Positions 57,413-64,000 of a stretch of DNA of 64,000 bases are shown piece after piece. The first letter of the stretch is position 1, and every line of letters starts with the position of its first letter. A program made the translations under genes and the position numbers. The DNA comes from a virus, in the IMG/VR virus record IMGVR_UViG_3300009506_000001, positions 91,246-155,245 of that record. One strand, given 5' to 3'. Below the pieces are notes generated by a model, which saw only the letters and a program-made list of their open reading frames with translations, was not told the origin of the DNA and searched no databases.

Positions 57413-57445
57413 AGAAATATTTTATGGAAAATGATGGAAAAAGTC

Positions 57446-57470
57446 AACGGGGGATAAAAATCCCCCGTTT
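57446..57470. terminator. hairpin terminator downstream of the metacaspase
   Basis: AACGGGGGA/TCCCCCGTT stem. Confidence 0.7.
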
Positions 57471-57505
57471 TCTAGATAATTACAAATTGAAAAAATTTGA
57501 ACTTT

Positions 57506-58603
57506 TTAGGACATTGCGAAGAAAGCAACCACGGCGATCAAAAGGATAGCACCAGCTACGTACAGCAGCTTATTGCCACCCCCAGAGTCTCCACCGTTTC
57601 CATCCGCCGTGCCGCCAGTAGAATCGCTTCCAGACTCTGGAACAGCGACAGTGTTTTCTGGACTTGCGGCATCTTGTACAGAGTTTGACTCGTTTGCGTT
57701 TAGGCTCGACGTGTCGCCCTCCGACTGGGAGTCGGATGAAGTCTCTGCAGTACCCATTGGCTGCAAGAAACGATATGTGAACAGAGCGGCACTGCCGTTT
57801 AGTTCTGGACGCTGTGTGAACCCATACTTAACCATCTTGTTGTTGATGTCTTCAACCAGCTTCTTATAACCAACGTTATAAGCGTTTGCCTTTAGAGTAT
57901 CAACTAGCATGTAGGTAAAAGCACCCATGTACTTGCCACCAATGTATGCATCAGCAGAGGTTTGATCAGATTCACAACCAGAAAGCAAAAGACCAGTCTG
58001 ATTAAGATCACGAGCAACTGCACGTGGCTTATTGAAAGTTAATTCACGATCTTCAACAAGCGTCTGAACGTGAGCTGGTGGAGGAAGATAACGACCACCC
58101 TTTGCATGTGGCTTTCTGAGAACCTTCTTGATAAGACGTGTTGCAAGAGGCTGGTATTGGTTAGCTTGATCAAGACCAGAACCACTGTGGCAGCTATCAA
58201 GAGAAACCGTTAAGTTAACACCAGCTGGAACTGTATCAAAGATGCGGTGCAGGTCATCGTCACGGATCATCTTGTCAGCCCAGTTTAGATCAACAGGGCA
58301 AATGATTTCGTCCATGCCGTCTGGCTCATTATCACCACCTGGCTGGTTAGGGAACTGCGAACCGTGTCCACTGTAGTGAAAGTAAAGGACATCACCTGGA
58401 GCAGCATTTGCAACCAGATTTCGAAGGCCTTTAATGATTGCAGCGGTAGTTGCTGCGTTGTCGGTTAGCATTGTGATGTCTGTGAAACCATAATGGTTCT
58501 TTAAGACATCTTTCATTGCCGTGACATCATTTACACACCCACGTAGTGAGTAAGTGGTGCCAGGGTAGTTGATTCCTACTAGAAGTGCACGTTTCTTTGC
58601 CAT
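57506..58603 (-). CDS. metacaspase (peptidase C14) with C-terminal TM anchor
   Basis: ALLVGINY, L.GC.ND, HYSGHG, DSCHSG and SGC...QTSAD motifs; hydrophobic C-terminus. Confidence 0.92.
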   Translation of the reverse strand: MAKKRALLVGINYPGTTYSLRGCVNDVTAMKDVLKNHYGFTDITMLTDNAATTAAIIKGLRNLVANAAPGDVLYFHYSGHGSQFPNQPGGDNEPDGMDEIICPVDLNWADKMIRDDDLHRIFDTVPAGVNLTVSLDSCHSGSGLDQANQYQPLATRLIKKVLRKPHAKGGRYLPPPAHVQTLVEDRELTFNKPRAVARDLNQTGLLLSGCESDQTSADAYIGGKYMGAFTYMLVDTLKANAYNVGYKKLVEDINNKMVKYGFTQRPELNGSAALFTYRFLQPMGTAETSSDSQSEGDTSSLNANESNSVQDAASPENTVAVPESGSDSTGGTADGNGGDSGGGNKLLYVAGAILLIAVVAFFAMS

Positions 58604-58640
58604 ATATTTCCTCCTTGAAATGATATGGTATTTATGAAAA

Positions 58641-58887
58641 TAGTTGGCCTATAGCCAGGGTTCTGTCGAGGACAATCATCCGTCTCTGGATTTCTCCAGG
58701 CTCGTGTGGGCCATACGCCCACCGTAGCTGCCACAACCCGACCTCATAGCGTGGAACTTGGCTCGGTCTGTTTGTGTTGCACGCCCCCTTTCGGTATCAG
58801 CAGTAAAGCGACTTTCGTCTCCTACAGGTTCCTGGCGTGCCCTGAACTTCCTCTACACTTAACGTGCAGCGATTGTCTAGCCAACTA
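58641..58887 (-). ncRNA. rnpB: RNase P RNA, minimal form with reduced specificity domain
   Basis: P1 TAGTTGGC/GCCAACTA; P2 GACAATC/GATTGTC; CR-I GAGGAAGTTCAGGGC; CR-V ACAGAACCCTGGCTA with a compensatory P4; promoter TTGATT-N17-TATAAT. Confidence 0.85.
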
Positions 58888-58923
58888 TAAATACTATTAT
58901 ATGTCAAAATTGGAGAAAAATCA

Positions 58924-59763
58924 ATGCCGTTAATTATGTCAACCCCATTTGGTGCAGAAACAGTTGTGTATCCGCCTTGGGATCTAACAGGGTTTACATT
59001 ATCTTCGTCATTTTCTGTCGCAGGTGACGGTGCCAGTTTTCTACACGGCGTTGATTTCAACAATGATGGTACAAAAGGGTATGTTATTGACCAGAGTACT
59101 CATAAGGTATATCAATATTCACTATCAACTCCATATGACTTTTCTTCGCCATCGGCATCATACGAATCGCAGTATGATTTCACAGCACAGACAAACCTTG
59201 CTGGTGATATGGCGTGGTCCCGCAATGGACTATTCTTGTATGTGTTGAGTCAGTCTGGACAGAGAGTATACCAATACGAGCCTACGATTCCTTTTGATGC
59301 TAGTACGGCTGTTTATAGTGGTACATTTGTAGCCCTTAATCCTTTGAATGCCGGCATAGTAAATCCAAGGGGATTAGCGATTAGTGAAAATGGCGATCGG
59401 TTGTATGTGACAAACAGCGGTAGTGGTACTAATGGTGTTTATGAATTTATTCTTGGAACGAACTATGTGGTTAGCAGTGCTTCTTTTTCCTACTTTATAC
59501 CACCTGAAGGAACGTCTACGTGCCCTGGAATTCGATTCCAGCCAGGTGGTCTTTATATGACGTATATTAGTGATGCACCTGATAATGTTTACTTGTACCA
59601 ATTGACGTCAGCTTATGATCTTTCAACGGCAACGTTTATTCAAACCTTTGCTACAACTGATCCCGGCAACTTCCCTTCAGGCATTGCATGGAATCCAGAT
59701 GGTAGTTCGTTCTGCACCTGTGACTTTGGAACCAATACGGTTTATAGGTATGTTAAGGCTTAA
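58924..59763 (+). CDS. beta-propeller virion-associated protein
   Basis: Repeated F..DG.K.YV...VYQY.L..PYD.S blades; TATAAATA at 58886-58893. Confidence 0.75.
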   Translation: MPLIMSTPFGAETVVYPPWDLTGFTLSSSFSVAGDGASFLHGVDFNNDGTKGYVIDQSTHKVYQYSLSTPYDFSSPSASYESQYDFTAQTNLAGDMAWSRNGLFLYVLSQSGQRVYQYEPTIPFDASTAVYSGTFVALNPLNAGIVNPRGLAISENGDRLYVTNSGSGTNGVYEFILGTNYVVSSASFSYFIPPEGTSTCPGIRFQPGGLYMTYISDAPDNVYLYQLTSAYDLSTATFIQTFATTDPGNFPSGIAWNPDGSSFCTCDFGTNTVYRYVKA

Positions 59764-59975
59764 TAGTCCTTAGGGATTCTCTTGCCTTCTTTGCGGGAAT
59801 ACTTTTTCTTGTCTTCATGACGACCAGCACCAGATGTCTGAGCAAATTTTGCCACGGGATTAGATGGCTTATCCATTGTTGGATTCTCCACCTTCTCTTT
59901 GCGTGCTCGCTTTGCCTCACGCTTCCGTTTGTTTGCACTCTTTGCCATCTCTGTTAGTATCTCTGCTAGTTTCAT
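59760..59975 (-). CDS. small basic (putative head-internal) protein
   Basis: MKLAEILTE; NPVAKF..GAG.H.DKK. Confidence 0.65.
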   Translation of the reverse strand: MKLAEILTEMAKSANKRKREAKRARKEKVENPTMDKPSNPVAKFAQTSGAGRHEDKKKYSRKEGKRIPKDY

Positions 59976-59976
59976 T

Positions 59977-60495
59977 TTACTTTCCCAAAAAGTATTTGCG
60001 AGCTGCTTCTAGATTTGCATCTAGTTCTTCCAGTACTTCAAAGTCATCGATGTTTGGCATAACCCAAATGACTTCCATTGGAAACTTGTTTGTAATCGCA
60101 TGCCACAATGCGTTATGCTTCTGCACATTGCGATAGAGCTCATCATCAGCGGCAGCCTTTTGAATTGCTCGACGCAATTTTTCTGGTGCCCTTGTTAAAC
60201 GATGACGCCAACTCTTTAATGCATCGTTCAAATCATATCCCGATTTGAAGCCACCTGACATAACAGGACGCTTCAAAAACGCCTGCATCTCTCGCATTTG
60301 AGGTCCGTATTTACGCTGAACGTCCATTGCAAGTGCTTGATCTCTTGCATCAGCGGCGTCAATGTCTGCAGCGATTGCATCTACGTCCAGACCATGATCC
60401 CGCTGTTTGGTGGAAATGTTGTTGATGAAATCTCGTTCTTGCTTTTTCGCACCGAAGTCAACAACATCACCCTCAAGAATGTCAGATAGTTTCAT
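59977..60495 (-). CDS. hypothetical (putative head-internal) protein
   Basis: MKLSDILE; TATAAATA upstream. Confidence 0.65.
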   Translation of the reverse strand: MKLSDILEGDVVDFGAKKQERDFINNISTKQRDHGLDVDAIAADIDAADARDQALAMDVQRKYGPQMREMQAFLKRPVMSGGFKSGYDLNDALKSWRHRLTRAPEKLRRAIQKAAADDELYRNVQKHNALWHAITNKFPMEVIWVMPNIDDFEVLEELDANLEAARKYFLGK

Positions 60496-60718
60496 AAAGT
60501 GTATTTATATCTGACAGCTTTCGTTTGTGGAACTTTGATTTGATGCGAATTGTATAGCATCTGTGGGCAGAATTATAATAGATTGAGTTTGGTGATTTCT
60601 GAATTTTTTCACAGAGTTCAACAAGCGATTGCTTGTTTGAAGAGTATGCATATACATTTCCACCTATTCCTGTCTTGATGGTTGCTTTCTCAGAAACAGA
60701 TGTGAAAATCCTACTCAT
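60482..60718 (-). CDS. hypothetical protein
   Basis: 78-aa ORF. Confidence 0.5.
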   Translation of the reverse strand: MSRIFTSVSEKATIKTGIGGNVYAYSSNKQSLVELCEKIQKSPNSIYYNSAHRCYTIRIKSKFHKRKLSDINTLYETI

Positions 60719-60725
60719 AAAGAAT

Positions 60726-60810
60726 TGGTACCCGAGGAGGGAATCGAACCCCCACGCCTTGCGGCACTAGAACCTAAATCTAGCGTGTCTACCAGTTCCA
60801 CCACTCGGGC
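60726..60810 (-). tRNA. tRNA-Leu(TAG)
   Basis: 85-nt cloverleaf with long variable arm, loop TT-TAG-GT, CCA end. Confidence 0.93.
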
Positions 60811-60813
60811 AAA

Positions 60814-61026
60814 TTAACCGTACTTTCGTTCTTCATTTTTCTTGGCAAGGTATTCGAGAAAGCGATCCAGCTCAAATTCCTTACCTAGCATGGAAGTTGT
60901 TTTCTTCCATTCAACGAGCTCGTAACACTCGTGGCTACAAACAGTTCCGCCGTATACGTGGAATGTGGTTGGGAAAGGCCTACCACATCCGTTGCAAAAA
61001 ACTTCTTGTTCAGAAAATAATGCCAT
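60814..61026 (-). CDS. small Zn-binding protein
   Basis: CNGC...CSHEC. Confidence 0.55.
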   Translation of the reverse strand: MALFSEQEVFCNGCGRPFPTTFHVYGGTVCSHECYELVEWKKTTSMLGKEFELDRFLEYLAKKNEERKYG

Positions 61027-61247
61027 TATGGGTTCAAAAAGTCCATCGCTCTATCGTATGCATCATCGCCTGGATCCGAACCAGAGTCAACAGCATCAGG
61101 AGCACATGGGGCTAACACAACACCCAACCCAGCCCAAAGTGCACGACACTCCTCGAATTCATCTTCTGTCATTCGGATGCCACGGATTTGATCCGCTGCA
61201 GCGTCTAGTAGTTCTTCGAAGGTGAAGTCATTGACCAGATCGACCAT
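61026..61247 (-). CDS. hypothetical protein
   Basis: Coupled ORF. Confidence 0.55.
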   Translation of the reverse strand: MVDLVNDFTFEELLDAAADQIRGIRMTEDEFEECRALWAGLGVVLAPCAPDAVDSGSDPGDDAYDRAMDFLNP

Positions 61248-61389
61248 CCTGAATCTCTTTTATTATCTGTTGGCGTTGCTCCTCAGTATATTTGAGCCAT
61301 TCACCAATCTGTTGTTTTGTACGCTTACAGCCTGTGCAGACTCCGTCTTTCAGCTTACAAACATTGATACAAGGAGTCGAAACTTTCAT
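61228..61389 (-). CDS. DUF1289 family (putative Fe-S) protein
   Basis: STPCINVC......C.GC.RT..QI..W; start moved to MKVST. Confidence 0.8.
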   Translation of the reverse strand: MKVSTPCINVCKLKDGVCTGCKRTKQQIGEWLKYTEEQRQQIIKEIQDGRSGQ

Positions 61390-61507
61390 GTTCTTAGTAG
61401 TTAGGTTTAAAGGGACCTTCAGCTCAGTAATTACGACATTGACGTTTGCAACCATCTCTGACAACCTACCCACTCTCCCAGCAGCGTCGTGGGTCCGCTG
61501 AACTACT

Positions 61508-61583
61508 TGGAGCGGGCGAAGAGGCTCGAACTCTCGACCTGTTGCATGGCAAGCAACTGCTCTACCAACTGAGCTACACCCGC
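61508..61583 (-). tRNA. tRNA-Gly(GCC)
   Basis: 76-nt cloverleaf, loop TT-GCC-AT, TCCA end. Confidence 0.93.
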
Positions 61584-61591
61584 TTGTGTTT

Positions 61592-62143
61592 TTATTTATT
61601 GCGACTCCGTCCGACGACAACCATTCCGAGAATACCGGAACCAAATAACCATCCAGCCGCAGGGACCGGAACAGTAGTCACATTCTCGTACACATCAAAC
61701 GAGTACGAAAGTAGGTTATAGTCCGCGACTCCCGGATAGTTAGACGTAAATGTTGCCTGGACGGGGTTTGACAATATTGCTGCAACCTGTTCTAGTGTTA
61801 GCGAAACGTTGTATACTGTTGGGCTGATGCTTGGGCTGTACGAGGCGGATTCGAACACGCTGCCCACGTCTGAGAATGTTACCACAGCACCATCGTATCC
61901 TTCGTTGGAAGTGGAATCGTCTTTCACTGTGAACGTAAAATCAACGCCGACCAGATCACCGGAAAGAAGCATGTCAAGGGTGACAGCATTGTTACCATTG
62001 ATATACAGTCCAGAACCAAAACTGTCGGAATATGTGGTACAGAGGTTCGCACCCGTAACACCTGAAGGGTCACAGGACGACACAGTCACAGCTGAACTTG
62101 CGGCTGAAAAAAGCATCAGCGCAGCGAAAACGAGTTTCTTCAT
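61592..62143 (-). CDS. secreted protein with VPLPA/PEP-CTERM exosortase signal
   Basis: Signal peptide; C-terminus VPVPAAGWLFGSGILGMVVVGRSRNK. Confidence 0.85.
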   Translation of the reverse strand: MKKLVFAALMLFSAASSAVTVSSCDPSGVTGANLCTTYSDSFGSGLYINGNNAVTLDMLLSGDLVGVDFTFTVKDDSTSNEGYDGAVVTFSDVGSVFESASYSPSISPTVYNVSLTLEQVAAILSNPVQATFTSNYPGVADYNLLSYSFDVYENVTTVPVPAAGWLFGSGILGMVVVGRSRNK

Positions 62144-62178
62144 TAAATCATCTCCTAGGGGTTGCGAATGGTTAAAAT

Positions 62179-62255
62179 TGGTCGGAGTACGAGGATTCGA
62201 ACCTCGGACCCCCTGCTCCCAAAGCAGGTGCTCTACCAAGCTGAGCTACACTCCG
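62179..62255 (-). tRNA. tRNA-Pro(TGG)
   Basis: 77-nt cloverleaf, loop TT-TGG-GA, ACCA end. Confidence 0.93.
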
Positions 62256-62306
62256 ATCTGATGATAGATTACATGAAATGTCGGAAAAGGACAACATATA
62301 TTTACT

Positions 62307-62384
62307 TGGAGTCCCTAGCGAGAGTCGAACTCGCATCTAATCGTTTAGGAAACGATTGCTCTAGTCCATTTAAGCTATAGGGAC
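62307..62384 (-). tRNA. tRNA-Arg(CCT)
   Basis: Cloverleaf, loop TT-CCT-AA, CCA end. Confidence 0.9.
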
Positions 62385-62388
62385 AAAA

Positions 62389-62580
62389 CTATTTGAGGCC
62401 AAGAGCACGCAAGTTTTCGTCACTTTCAATGTAGCGACCAATTGCTTTGTTCTTGGCAATTATTTCGGCTCGTTTTTCTTCGGTGGGTAACAATTCGTAA
62501 TGACCATTACCCTTATCGACCAATTTGTACCCTTTAGTTGCACAGAAGGCTTTTCCCTTTTCAAATTGTTCTGGTGTCAT
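62389..62580 (-). CDS. hypothetical protein
   Basis: Probable start MTPEQF. Confidence 0.5.
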   Translation of the reverse strand: MTPEQFEKGKAFCATKGYKLVDKGNGHYELLPTEEKRAEIIAKNKAIGRYIESDENLRALGLK

Positions 62581-62584
62581 TGTG

Positions 62585-62854
62585 CTACCACTCCATATCG
62601 GCGTAGAGATGATCTCCCCATTCGCCATCAAAGTAATCGTCATCTGGGCCATCGGGATAGAGGTCCGAAAACGCATGAGCCTCAAAACTACGCTCGAGAT
62701 CCTCTTTGCATTCAGGATGCAAGTAAAAGCCCTCGATGTTCCCAGCACACCAGATGATGTACTGTGGATCCTTGTTGATGACATCGATAAGCACCTCTCC
62801 TTTGTACTTACCAAATGTCATTTTGTGGTTGAGTTTGAGTATAGCAAACATCAC
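62585..62854 (-). CDS. hypothetical protein with FGKYKG motif (ExoX C-terminal-like)
   Basis: MTFGKYKG......DPQYI.W. Confidence 0.6.
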   Translation of the reverse strand: MMFAILKLNHKMTFGKYKGEVLIDVINKDPQYIIWCAGNIEGFYLHPECKEDLERSFEAHAFSDLYPDGPDDDYFDGEWGDHLYADMEW

Positions 62855-63087
62855 TTTTTCGGCTCGTATACGATTTCTATCTCTGATCGATAAAGCTCCA
62901 CGACAGAACCCGTACCATCCATTTTACAATAGACGTACTCACCGTTGCGGGATTCGACAACACCTTTGCTGTCGCCCCGAACGATCATATTGTCGGGAGC
63001 GTTTATCCATTTGACTCGCTCGCCAGGTTCAGGATACCTAGCCATTGAGATAGTCCCGAACCAAAGTGCTCGCTGCTTTTCCATCAT
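62851..63087 (-). CDS. hypothetical SH3-like protein
   Basis: Coupled ORF. Confidence 0.5.
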   Translation of the reverse strand: MMEKQRALWFGTISMARYPEPGERVKWINAPDNMIVRGDSKGVVESRNGEYVYCKMDGTGSVVELYRSEIEIVYEPKK

Positions 63088-63484
63088 AGGAACCAGCGTA
63101 GCGTTCTTTGAGTGCCTTCATCATCGTTCCCATGTCCTTTGGAGACGACAGACCGAGCTCATCGCCGATCTCGGTAATCTTGATGCGAAGGACTTCGTCG
63201 GACATTTGTCGAGGCAGGTACATCGCAAGGAAGTTGACCTCAAACTCAGCGACTTTGTGTGCAACAGAATCGGTTGCAGTTCGCTCCATCACTTCGGTGC
63301 TGCCTTTGATGAACTTTTTGATAACGGCAACAACCTCTTCGTCTGTTGTCTCACGGTTACCATCATTCTTGCCCACCATAGCAGCCTCACCAATTAGCGT
63401 GGTGAGAATTGCAGCAGGCTCATTCTTTTTCGTTTTACGAGCAGCGAGTTGATCAACTCTGAGTTGCTCCATTAGCGTTGCCAT
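63038..63484 (-). CDS. YqeY (GatB/YqeY) domain protein
   Basis: D...ARK, YLPRQMS and KDMG.MMKALK....G..DGK..S..V motifs. Confidence 0.88.
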   Translation of the reverse strand: MATLMEQLRVDQLAARKTKKNEPAAILTTLIGEAAMVGKNDGNRETTDEEVVAVIKKFIKGSTEVMERTATDSVAHKVAEFEVNFLAMYLPRQMSDEVLRIKITEIGDELGLSSPKDMGTMMKALKERYAGSYDGKAASTLVRDYLNG

Positions 63485-63540
63485 GTTGACTCCTCCAAAT
63501 AGTTTTTACAAGTATACATCGTTCTTAAATTACAGGCAAC

Positions 63541-63566
63541 AAAAAGGGCCACCGAAGTGACCCTTT
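63541..63566 (-). terminator. intrinsic terminator
   Basis: AAAGGG(T)CAC-TTCG-GTG(G)CCCTTTTT on the minus strand. Confidence 0.75.
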
Positions 63567-63587
63567 GATATTACCCGATGTGGGTTG

Positions 63588-63998
63588 TTAATGGTTGCCG
63601 CTGTTACCGGGATGTTCGCCAGTCGCATGCTCGATGGCATGCTCATTGGCATGCTCGGTCCCCTGACCAGATTCAGCACCGAATCCGAGACGCTCCTGCT
63701 CGTCGTTGCTTTCGTCATCGCCACCACCAGAACCGCCAGTGTCATCGCCACCACCAGAACCGCCAGTGTCATCGCCACCACCAGAACCGCCAGTGTCATC
63801 GCCACCACCAGAACCGCCAGTGTCAGTGTTACCAGGCGTGGAGCCACTACCGGAACCGTTGTCATCGGGATCGCTATCACCGTCACCAGAACCGCCAGGA
63901 GTTGCACCGCTGCGACCACTATCGTCATCAGCAGGAACCGCTGCACCACGACCGCTGTGGTTGTCGTCGTGATCGTAGTAGCCGACACCGAAGTAACC
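63588..63998 (-). CDS. C-terminal part of a Gly/Asp/Ser-rich protein (truncated at window edge)
   Basis: Open frame ...GYFGVGYYDHDD...(DTGGSGGGD)x4...EHANEHAIEHA..GNH*, a different frame from the listed ORF. Confidence 0.7.
   Translation of the reverse strand, partial: GYFGVGYYDHDDNHSGRGAAVPADDDSGRSGATPGGSGDGDSDPDDNGSGSGSTPGNTDTGGSGGGDDTGGSGGGDDTGGSGGGDDTGGSGGGDDESNDEQERLGFGAESGQGTEHANEHAIEHATGEHPGNSGNH
63714..63821. repeat. 4 x 27-bp perfect tandem repeat (coding)
   Basis: GTCATCGCCACCACCAGAACCGCCAGT repeated four times. Confidence 0.95.
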
Positions 63999-64000
63999 AT

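Noticed and set aside
63714-63821. CRISPR array
   Set aside because: Head-to-tail 27-bp repeats with no spacers, encoding DTGGSGGGD.
1-64000. Genome-wide TAG recoding (code 15), suggested by the CUA tRNA
   Set aside because: All long conserved genes are uninterrupted in code 11, and several end at TAG at their expected C-termini.
63530-64000. Listed 156-aa hydrophobic ORF and the 63706..63972 Pro-rich ORF
   Set aside because: Alternative frames of the repeat. The Gly/Asp-rich frame ending at 63588, before the terminator, is more credible.

Overview
This window is a gene-dense, mostly minus-strand segment of a large T4-related (jumbo-type) dsDNA phage genome read in the standard genetic code. 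The host is probably a proteobacterium (ANDDNY..LAA tmRNA tag, DUF3579, VPLPA-CTERM protein). It carries replication genes (PolB, sliding clamp, DnaB-like helicase, two-subunit topoisomerase II, prim-pol, RNase H), nucleotide metabolism genes (NrdJ, ThyA, DHFR, dCMP deaminase, MazG-like proteins), two paralogous tail-fibre-like genes, an Acb1 anti-CBASS homolog, a PrkA/YeaG-YeaH-SpoVR cassette, PhoH and a metacaspase. The most striking content is RNA-based or translational and is absent from the ORF track. It includes a circularly permuted two-piece tmRNA upstream of a ClpP gene, a 247-nt minimal RNase P RNA, a ~900-nt GOLLD-like RNA with an embedded tRNA-like domain, and an unassigned ~170-nt RNA. 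Best candidate for a new system: an amber-suppressor tRNA(CUA) immediately followed by a leader ORF with two in-frame TAG codons. On readthrough the leader ends in an RGPP arrest-like motif directly against a hairpin, which suggests an amber-readthrough-gated attenuator. All family assignments come from motifs recognised by eye; no database searches were run.
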